This document shows positions 1-8,677 of a stretch of DNA of 17,469 nt, in pieces. This stretch comes from Octopus sinensis (lineage: Eukaryota), in the NCBI RefSeq assembly GCF_006345805.1, contig NW_021824826.1, forward strand, positions 1-17,469, given 5' to 3'. The notes below the pieces were generated by a model, which was not told the origin of the DNA, made no database searches, and was given only the letters and a program-made list of their open reading frames with translations. Both the position numbers and the translations under genes were made by a program. Every line of letters begins with the position of its first letter. Position 1 is the first letter of the stretch.

Positions 1-174
1 TCTTTTTATTTTGTATCTGCTGTCGTCTCATTCGCCCACACCACGTTTGTTTACGTCTCTCGCAAAGCTTAACGAATATCTCAAAAGGAACTTTTAATAA
101 CTTTTCCATGTGTCTTTTGTTATTTTACACAAAAATCCCTTTCTTAACTCGGCTTAGCGCTCAGTCCGGCTCTA

Positions 175-315
175 TATAAATATACATTCATATACAATCA
201 TTCATATATACACACATATATTATATATAATATATATAAAGATATATATATATATTATATATATATATATTATATAATATATATATATAATATATATACA
301 TATGCATATACATGC

Positions 316-358
<43 letters not shown>

Positions 359-574
359 CATATACATGCACATATACATACATAATATATATATATATAT
401 TTATATTATAATATATATATAATATATATTATACATATGCATGTGTGTGTATGTATATATACATACATACATAGATACATATTCCATACGTAATATACAT
501 GAATGCTTTATAGTGATAGATAGATGTGTACACTAATGTATATATATACATATACATATATATGTATATATATA

Positions 575-624
<50 letters not shown>

Positions 625-810
625 GTGTGTGTATATATATAATATATATATATCTTAATAATATAATATGTATGCTTACATTTATAAATATATATACATG
701 TGTAGTCTATATATCCACACATATACACATGCATATAGATATATAGATGTAGATATAGATATAGATATGTATGTATGTATGTATGTATGCATGTATGTAT
801 GTATGTATGT
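175..810. repeat. Compound (TA)n/(CATA)n/(TATG)n microsatellite
   Basis: Directly visible TA, TACA and TATG runs; ORFs here are Y/I/M low-complexity artefacts. Confidence 0.95.
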
Positions 811-1074
811 GCTAGTGAGTGCTTATATGTTTCTCAATGTTTCCTTATGTGTGTGTAACTGTCGTCAGTATTACACTGGTGTGAAAAGTAATTAAGTGAG
901 CTATACTACTCGATTGAAATAAGTTTTGGTGGGACTTAATAACATGATTTATCCGATGTTGAACGTGTTTGTGTGTGAGAGATCTTGTGGTGTGTGAGCG
1001 TGTGTTTGCATGTGTGTTGGGGACGCATATATTAGAGAACTCCAAAAATCGAGACGCTACGATTCAGATTTTTC

Positions 1075-1110
1075 TATATATATTAATTATGTATATTATG
1101 TATATATGTA

Positions 1111-1184
<74 letters not shown>

Positions 1185-1265
1185 ATGTATGTAACATATG
1201 TATATATGTATGTATATATGTATGTATACATATATATATTATATATATATATGTATACTATCATA
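1075..1265. repeat. (TA)n/(TATG)n microsatellite
   Basis: Directly visible. Confidence 0.95.
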
Positions 1266-1450
1266 TATTATATGTATTACTACATATGTGGGTAATTCTG
1301 TCTGTGGGTGTGTTCGTGGAGTTTGTTAGCTAACTCCTCCTACATCGTTTTATCGATTTTGATGAAACTTGACACGTGAGTAGAACTCATGTCAAGAAAA
1401 CTAGTCACATACTTATATTGTTGAAAAAAATCGATAACAGGGCCCCTTGA
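1252..1450 (+). mobile_element. Possible 5' portion of a non-autonomous Helitron/HINE-like element
   Basis: TATACTA..TATTATA start, CTGTCTGT micro-repeat, then ATCGATTTTGATGAAACTTGACAC, a motif order typical of invertebrate non-autonomous Helitron-like repeats. Contains nested inverted repeats. No clear 3' hairpin+CTAG end found. Confidence 0.4.
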
Positions 1451-1609
1451 AGGAATCTTTAAATATATCTAATATATTTATTTTAAAAGCCATGGGAATT
1501 TCTTAGTATTTGAACTGTTAGAGTTGTTTTCACAATTTATCCAGTACAGCCTTAAACAAGTAGATATTATTTTGCTAAACAATAGATTCACTTATTTCGG
1601 TTAGCGACT

Positions 1610-1713
1610 TATTGTATATATATACATGTATATATGTATATATATATGTGTGTATTATTTAGTGGCATATATACACACACCACATATTGGTAAATGTATG
1701 TATGTACATATTC

Positions 1714-1750
<37 letters not shown>

Positions 1751-1793
1751 AATATATATATAATATGTATATGTATGTATATATAAATGCATA

Positions 1794-1845
<52 letters not shown>
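1610..1845. repeat. (TA)n-rich microsatellite
   Basis: Directly visible. Confidence 0.95.
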
Positions 1846-1856
1846 AATGACACATA

Positions 1857-1932
1857 CAGCTGGGCTGTGTAATAAGAATCTTGCTTCCCAACCATTTGGT
1901 TCCGGGTTTATTCTCACTGCGTGGCACCTTGG
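1857..1932 (+). mobile_element. SINE family A, tRNA-like head fragment
   Basis: GGCTGTGTAATAAGAATCTTGCTTCCCAACCATTTGGTTCCGGGTTTATTCTCACTGCGTGGCACCTTGG matches the reverse complement of the head at about 7015-7073; degenerate A/B boxes; truncated at the CCTTGG core motif. Confidence 0.8.
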
Positions 1933-2070
1933 ACTATAAACTCTTGTTTATTCTGTTATTGCTTGTATCCTATGATGAGCATAGTATGTTTGCATATCCA
2001 TGCCCAGGGTAAATATAGGTAATTAATAACGGATAATCTTATCTCTTAGACGGTTATTCCAACTACTAAC

Positions 2071-2088
2071 TCTCTGTCTGTCTGTCTG

Positions 2089-2140
<52 letters not shown>

Positions 2141-2160
2141 ATATATATATATATATATAT
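2071..2160. repeat. (CTGT)n-(CT)n-(TA)n microsatellite
   Basis: Directly visible. Confidence 0.95.
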
Positions 2161-2164
2161 CAGT

Positions 2165-2590
2165 TGAATAAAGTTAAAATATGACTGGTTTCACGTTTTT
2201 TATTACGGTATTTGAACTTTAAAAAAATATTTGTACTGTTCATAAATTTCAATTAGCGCTTTCATACGTTCGTTGTAATCATCAGATTTCAAAATGTATT
2301 TAACTGACAGCTGAGCTCTTGACAACTATAAGAAAATGACTGACATCTTCCTTTTTATACCTCTTAGAATGCTCCAGTAAGGTGAATTTTTCGAATGCGG
2401 TTTTATCCAATCAGCATGCAACTTAAATATCACGGTTTTTGCCGGACGCACCGATTTTACAGGCATAGATCCCGCGGTTTACGTGTAATGGTTTTATAAG
2501 TGAGCAAAATTAGTTGGTTTCAATTCTTTTTATTTCAATTGTTGAGAGTCTTCTGCAATTTGTTTATATTCAAATTTTGTATTTTTTTAT
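2165..2590 (-). mobile_element. Penelope-like element 3' end / pseudo-LTR remnant
   Basis: Minus-strand order: degenerate ...KQIAE...KELKPTN (similar to a GIY-YIG C-terminus), CCAAT box (2407-2414, read on plus), TATAAAAAGG (2359-2350), hammerhead-like motif (2285-2254), AATAAA (2204-2199). Adjacent to a PLE RT fragment. Confidence 0.55.
2245..2295 (-). ncRNA. Minimal type I hammerhead ribozyme-like motif (probably degenerate)
   Basis: Minus strand reads gaaat-CUGAUGA-u-uac-aacgaac-gua-u-GAAA-GCGC-UA-auug. Both core boxes are intact, stem II has 3 bp, the stem III loop is palindromic GCGC, and stem I has 3 bp. Confidence 0.55.
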
Positions 2591-2598
2591 TCGCATCG

Positions 2599-2703
2599 TT
2601 AACTGCTGACAACACAATTGTCATCAAACAAGCGGATAAGGAGTGCCATTATTATAATGGATATGGAATATTACCAGGATTTTCGTGAAAATCATTTAGA
2701 GAA
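2599..2703 (+). pseudogene. Penelope-like reverse transcriptase N-terminal fragment (frameshifted)
   Basis: LTADNTIVIKQADK, then a frameshift at 2641, then SAIIIMDMEYYQDFRENHLE; matches the PLE motif IVIKxADKGxAxxxMDxxxY. Confidence 0.7.
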
Positions 2704-2983
2704 TGTAAGTAAGCGTGACAGTATTGTGGCGTTTGGTTAGAAAATGGGGTTCGTATACGAAGATAGCATGTGTGAAAAGCGTGTATGTGAAGAGGTGAGA
2801 GTGTGCGCCTGCACATTCGTCTTTAACAATCACGTCTTGCACTTCTCATTTCCTGTACTTCATTCATACTTTATTTTCCTACACTCTCTCACCTCTTCAC
2901 ATACACGCTCTCACACGAGCTATCTTCGTACACGAACCCCATTCTCTAATCAACGCCACCATACTGTCACGCTTATTTTACAT
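2703..2983. mobile_element. Fold-back / MITE-like element with ~100-bp inverted arms
   Basis: 2703-2804 is the reverse complement of 2881-2983 (about 8 substitutions and 4 small indels by hand); 76-bp spacer; TGT...ACA near the termini. Confidence 0.8.
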
Positions 2984-3140
2984 CTATACAAATATGAACT
3001 CTCTCGTCGCTTCGACGATTGATGGATCGGTATGGCACAACAGTACCGTGTCTTCCAGGTCTGAGAACATGACTATGTTCCTATGATACTAGGTTAAGCA
3101 TGCAGGTTTCTAATAGCATGCTCCCCCTATTGTCTCTATG

Positions 3141-3526
3141 AAAGGCGGCGAGCTGGCAGAAACGTTAGCACGCCGGACGAAATGCTTAGCAGTATTTCGT
3201 CTGCTGCTACGTTCTGGTTTCAAATTCCGCCGAGGTCGACTTTGCCTTTCATCCTTTCGGGATCGATTAAATAAGTACCAGTTACGCACTCGGGTCGATG
3301 TAATCGACTTAATCCGATTGTCTGTCCTTGTTTGTCCTCTCTGTACTTAGCCCCTTGTGGGTAGTAAAGAAATAGGTATTTCGTCTGCCGCTACGTTCTG
3401 AGTTCAAATTCCGCCGAGGTCGACTTTACCTTTCATCCGACTCGGGTCGATGTAATCGCCTTAATCCGCTTGTCTGTCCTTGTTTGTCCCCCCTGTGTTT
3501 AACTCCTTGTGGGTAGTAAAGAAATA
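3141..3526 (+). mobile_element. SINE family B, full copy plus tandem partial second unit
   Basis: GGCGGCGAGCTGGCAGAAACGTTAGCAC head, GTTCAAATTCC-type B box, central GAGGTCGACTTTGCCTTTCATCCTTTCGGG..GAT..AATAAGTACCAG (resembles the Meta-type SINE central domain), end GTAGTAAAGAAATA. Second unit runs from about 3375. Flanked by CCTATTGTCTCT (3126-3137) and CCTATTGCCTCT (3527-3538). Confidence 0.9.
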
Positions 3527-4082
3527 CCTATTGCCTCTTCCCCTAACCGCTAGATTTGTGTGTGCTGATGTCTTGCATTACTGAACAACTTGTACGATGA
3601 ATATTGTTATAGCGGGAATGAGTTTTGCAGAACTAGTCCCACTCTTTCGTTCTCCAAACTTGTATTGGTCTGGTGCAACAAGAGCCATAATAAACAAGCT
3701 ATCAGGATGCGGTATTTAAATGGAGTTACCTTCTTTTAGATGGTTAAATTCTTCCTAAGTACACGCCACTGCCTCTCATTGAGGTTCCAAAATATTCACG
3801 ATTTCTTATACATATATCTATGCACGCCTCATTTCCACTCACTTTAATTCCTCACCGGAGAACAACACCCCTTTGGTGTCGAAACTCTCACCCAACTTTC
3901 CTCCTATTGATTCAGCATTTGTCTTCACACACACCTTTAACTATTATTTTTCTGATGAAGGACATACGTAAGTCAAGTTCAAAGACACGTTTTCTCCATT
4001 AGAGCATTGAATACGTAATATATATGTAAACTTTGGTTTCCACGAGTTCCGCATCATGAGTTTATTGCTTTATGACTATATA

Positions 4083-4299
4083 CGAGGAAGAGCTGAAAAG
4101 TTCCTGACTTTGGGTAAAAGAAAATACAGGAGAATCAGTTAATTATGATTTTATTTAACATGTTCTCCTCTCAGATTCACACATTATTGCAAGCGCTCCT
4201 TCAGTTTTTCAAAACTTCGTAAAAGAATTCGGAAGTTTGAACCTCCATCCAGAGCTTTGGCGATAGCCTTAAAGCCAGGAACTTTTCAGCATCCCCTCG
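4083..4299. mobile_element. Mariner-type MITE
   Basis: 29-bp TIRs: CGAGGAAGAGCTGAAAAGTTCCTGACTTT (4083-4111) versus the reverse complement of 4271-4299, CGAGGGGATGCTGAAAAGTTCCTGGCTTT (24/29 identical). TA on the left flank, TT on the right. Confidence 0.85.
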
Positions 4300-4311
4300 T
4301 TTGTATGTGCG

Positions 4312-4356
<45 letters not shown>

Positions 4357-4364
4357 ATTGTATA

Positions 4365-4576
4365 TTACCCCAAGGGGCTAAACATAGAGGGGACAAACAA
4401 GGACAGACAAGCGGATTAAGTCGATTTCATTGACCCCAGTGCGTAACTGGTACTTAATTTATCGACCCCGAACGATTGAAAGGCAAAGTCGACCTCGGCG
4501 GGATTTGAACTCACAACGTAACGGCAGACGAAAAACGACTACGCATTTCGCCCGGCGTGCTAACGTTTCTACCAGT
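4365..4576 (-). mobile_element. SINE family B copy
   Basis: Reverse complement of the 3141-3374 unit (GAAAGGCAAAGTCGACCTCGGCGG, GTGCTAACGTTTCTACCAG). Confidence 0.9.
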
Positions 4577-4577
4577 T

Positions 4578-4824
4578 ATATATATATGAATGTATGTATG
4601 TATGTATGTATGTATGTATGTATGTATATATGTAGTATGTATGTATGTATGTATGTATGTATGTGTGTGTGTGTGAATGTATGTATGTGTGTGTGTGAAT
4701 GTATGTATGTATGTATGTATGTATGTATGTGTGTATGTATGTATGTATGTATGTATGTGTGTGTGTGTGAATGTATGTATGTGTGTGTGTGAATGTATGT
4801 ATGTATGTATGTATGTATGTATGA

Positions 4825-4855
<31 letters not shown>

Positions 4856-5303
4856 CGTGTGTATGTATGTATGTATGTATGTATGTATGTGTGTGTGTGA
4901 ATGTATGTATGTGTGATGTATGAATATATGTATGTATGTATGTATGTATTATGTATCTATGATGTATGTATGTATGTGTGTGTGTGTGAATGTATTGTAT
5001 GTATGTATGTATGTGTGTATGTATGTATGTATGTATTTATGTATGCGTGTGTAATGTATGTAGGTATGTTGTATGTATGTATGTGTTGGTATGTATGTAT
5101 GTATGTATGTGTGTTGGTGTATGTATGCATGTATGTATGTATGTATGTATGTGTGTATGTATTTATGTATGTATGTATGTATGTATGTATTGGTTTATGT
5201 ATGTGTGTGTGTGAATGTATGTATGTGTGTATGTATGAATATATGTATGTATGTATGTATGTATGTATCTATGTATGTATGTATGTATGTGTGTGTGTGT
5301 GAA

Positions 5304-5339
<36 letters not shown>

Positions 5340-5414
5340 TGTATGTATGCATGCATGTATGTATGTGTATGTATATATGTATGTATGTGTATATATATAT
5401 ATATTTATATATAT
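4578..5414. repeat. Long (TATG)n/(TG)n microsatellite with GAATG interruptions
   Basis: Directly visible; source of the MYVC-repeat ORFs. Confidence 0.97.
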
Positions 5415-5416
5415 CG

Positions 5417-5708
5417 TCTTTTATTCTTTTACTTGTTTCAGTCATTTCACTGCGGCCATGCTGGAGCACCACCTTTAGTCGAACAAATCGACCCCAGCAA
5501 TTTTTATTAAGCCTGGTAGTTATTCTATCGATCTCTTTTGCCTAACTGCTAGGTTACGGGAACACACACGCGCACACACAGACACACACACACAAATATA
5601 CGGCAAGCTTCTTTCAGTGTCAGTTCGAGGCCAGAGTAGAAGACACTTGCCTAAGGCGTCACGGACTGGGGCTGAGCCGAGACCCGATATGGCTGGGATG
5701 CAAGCTTA
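5417..5708 (-). mobile_element. SINE family A copy, internally deleted
   Basis: Aligns with 6617-7073 (TTTCAGTCATTT.ACTGCGGCCATGCTG, TAGTCGAACAAA, CTTCTTTCAGT, TAGAAGACACTTGCC.AAG). The minus-strand CCTTAGGCAAGT resembles the CORE-SINE motif. Confidence 0.85.
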
Positions 5709-5790
5709 GACATAAGTAATGGCATAAATATGTATACACAAAGATTACACAGAGGAACATTTCCATGTAATATATATATATATATATATA

Positions 5791-6086
5791 ATTAAATTAG
5801 AGATAAAACCACTAAAAAAATTTAAAAATTTAAAATTAAAAAAATTAAAAAATTAAAATATTAAAAATTAAAATATTAAGGTTTTAAAAATTTATTAATT
5901 AAAAATTTTATAAAATATATTAAAAAATATAAAAATTTTATAAATATATATTTAAATTTAAATAATTTAAATTTTAAATTTTATATTTTATTTATTTTGT
6001 ATATTATATTTATATTTATTTTTATGTTTTGGTTTATGTCTTTCACTGTCTGATTTGTTTAATAGTGGTTTTATCTCTAATTAAAT
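5791..6086. repeat. Inverted repeat pair around an almost pure A/T spacer
   Basis: AATTAGAGATAAAACCACTA (5795-5814) is the exact reverse complement of TAGTGGTTTTATCTCTAATT (6063-6082). Confidence 0.85.
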
Positions 6087-6575
6087 TTATATTTATACTG
6101 TGAAATTTCATTTAATCCTAAATCTAATTTTTCCCTGTAAGTTTGGATATACTCCCTAATATTATAAAGATTTTACTACCAATGGCCTAGCATGTATATG
6201 TTTTTAGCAATTTTTAGAAGATTAGTTCGGCATTTATTTATTCACTACCGACTGAAGCTGCGCTTGCGCGGTGAATTTGAAAAATTATAATGTATAACGA
6301 TGAGATACGTGTTAGTCGTCTCTTAATTATATGTTAGTTTTATGGTGCGGTCATGGGTGAGAATTTCGCCTAACAAATTATTTTATTTGCCAAAAAATTT
6401 TGAAACCTAGGTATGACCGTAATAAAATAACAAGGTAATTTTTTTTTAATTTTCGTTTCCTTCAAAATTGTTCTTCAATGTAGTTTTGGTCATTTTGACT
6501 ACTTCTAGCGTGTAACGCTGCATGTTGAAGGCAGTTTCTCTTGTGTTTAAAAGTACACTATTTGATATTGAGAAT
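6087..6575 (+). mobile_element. Possible decayed retroelement (PLE-like) 5' region
   Basis: Broken reading frames (PTEAALAR*..FEKL..SRLLIIC*FYGAVM..RISPNKLFYLPKNFET) loosely resemble a PLE ORF N-terminus and follow an inverted terminal repeat; many stops and frameshifts. Confidence 0.3.
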
Positions 6576-6616
6576 ATATATATATGTATATATATATTAA
6601 ATGAAATATATACTAA

Positions 6617-6864
6617 TTTACTGTTTTACCTATTTCAGACATTTGACTGCGGTCATGCTGAATCACCGTCTGTAGTCGAACAAACTGACCCCCAGGACTT
6701 ATTCTATGTAAGTCTAGTACTTATTCTATTGGTCTCTTTTGTCGAACCACTAGCTAACGAGCTCATAAAGACACCAACATCGGTTGTCAGGCGATGGTGG
6801 TGAGGACAAATACAGACACAAACATATATATACACATACATACATATATACATACATACATACA

Positions 6865-6939
<75 letters not shown>

Positions 6940-7073
6940 GACGTACTTCTTTCAGTTTCAGTGTACCACATCCACTCACAAGGCTGCTTGTGGTTACAAT
7001 AGAAGATACCTTCCCAAGATGCCACGCAGTGGAACTGAACCTGGAACCGTGTGGTCGGGAACCAAGCTTCTTA
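6617..7073 (-). mobile_element. SINE family A, near full length with internal microsatellite
   Basis: Head 7015-7073 with B box (revcomp GGTTCAGTTCC), internal (CATA)n(TA)n at about 6815-6938, tail matching 5417-5560. Confidence 0.88.
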
Positions 7074-7270
7074 TTTGTTTATTGCCCAGAAGGTGCTAAA
7101 CACAGAGAGGACAATCAAGGACAGACAAAGGGATTAAGTCAATTACAGCGACCCCGATGCGTAACTGGTACTTAATGTATCGAACCCGAAAGGATGAATG
7201 GCAAAGTCGACCTCAGCGGAATTTGAACTCAGAACATAGCGGCAGAAGAAATCCCACAAAGCATTTCGCC
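7072..7270 (-). mobile_element. SINE family B copy (diverged, 5' truncated)
   Basis: GGATTAAGTC, GCGTAACTGGTACTTAAT, GGCAAAGTCGACCTCAGCGGAATTTGAACTCAGAAC. Confidence 0.9.
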
Positions 7271-7584
7271 TGCCTGCTCCTATATATACATATATGAGTG
7301 TGTGTGTGTGTGTGTCTGCCTGTATATGTGTACAACGCACGCACGTATACATGCACGCAAGTCTAGACTAACACGCATGCATCCAAACAAACACACGTAC
7401 ATTCGTACGTACATACATAAATACATAGATACACACACACATACGCAACACACTTGCACACATATGTACACAGACAGAAAAGCTGTGGTTAAATGGTTAG
7501 AATTTGTACAACTTAAATCGCAGGAAGGGTGGTGGTAGAGAAGGTGTATCTTGAATAAGGCCTCTTGTGTTGCTTATGGTTCTG

Positions 7585-7627
7585 ATTGTGTTGATGATAG
7601 TGATGGTGACGGAACTGGTAGCGATGG

Positions 7628-7665
<38 letters not shown>

Positions 7666-7866
7666 ACAATGAATATGATGATGATGATGACGATGATGAT
7701 GATGTTGACGATTACAGGAATGATGATGATGATGATGATTACAACGATGATAATGATGATGATGATGATGATGACGATGATGATGGGGTGGCGAAGTCGA
7801 TGACGGTGGTGATGGTGATGGTTGTAGTGGTGGTGGTGGTTGCAGTGGTGTTGGTGGTGTTGGTGA
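7585..7866. repeat. (GAT)n grading into (GGT)n trinucleotide repeat
   Basis: Directly visible; source of the poly-D and poly-M ORFs. Confidence 0.95.
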
Positions 7867-8302
7867 TATTATTTTCCATACCAGTACAGTACGGACAGTG
7901 CTAGTGGTGGTAGTGCTGTAATGTAGATAACTTACGTGTTTGTTTATTTTTGTTTATCTATTTTCTTAACTACATTCTTTGTTTCTGCGATAAGCCATAT
8001 GTTTGTTATACAGTTTTTTGTTGTTTTTTTTTTTTTCAGTATCGGTTTTACAGACACGCTGCATGTAAGACACGGAAGGGCAACAATTTACGGCAAAAAA
8101 ACTGTTTTGCATCCCTCATCTTTAGGCATTTGCCTTTGTCAAATGAATATTAATTAATATACAAGCTGAACACAGTGATAAAATTATGATATATGTATAG
8201 GGAGAGAGAAACGGATGGAATGTAAGGAGTAAAAGAGAGGGTAAGACTTTTGGAGAGAAGAGAAAAAAAGACTAAGAGGAAATGAAGGGCGTGTCACTGT
8301 AA

Positions 8303-8309
8303 ATGTGTG

Positions 8310-8350
<41 letters not shown>

Positions 8351-8529
8351 GTGTACGAGAGGGAAAGAGTGAGGCATATAAAGGGAAAGACAGAAAGAGA
8401 GTGGGCGCGAGAGGGGGCGAGATGCGCATGTGTACAGTGACAAGGAGACAGCATTGTTTTGTGAATGTAAGCGTGGTATCTTCGATGTATGTGTGCATAT
8501 CTGAGTGCACATGTGTGTATATGTGGGTG

Positions 8530-8567
<38 letters not shown>

Positions 8568-8640
8568 ATATATATTTATGTGCATATGTATGTATGTAAT
8601 CATGCATGTATGTATATATTATACATATGCGCGCGTATAT
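8303..8640. repeat. (TG)n, purine-rich and (TA)n low-complexity tract
   Basis: Directly visible. Confidence 0.8.
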
Positions 8641-8677
8641 GTGGGTGAGTAAAATTCCGTCGCTGGAATGTAGAAAC

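Noticed and set aside
429-1927. YI/IY-rich ORFs
   Set aside because: Translations of (TA)n microsatellites.
3138-3350. ORFs shared among SINE-B copies (also 12577-12828 and 16937-17347)
   Set aside because: Incidental frames through a non-coding SINE; frame is not conserved between copies.
4430-5545. MYVC-repeat ORFs
   Set aside because: Translations of (TATG)n, open in several frames at once.
7551-7904. Poly-Asp acidic protein with hydrophobic tail
   Set aside because: (GAT)n/(GGT)n repeat; non-ATG start and no support for an exon.
8014-8070. Possible 25-nt micro-exon (poly-T CAG acceptor at 8039, GTAAGA at 8065)
   Set aside because: Splice-like signals are common by chance in T-rich DNA; no recognisable coding content or partner exons.
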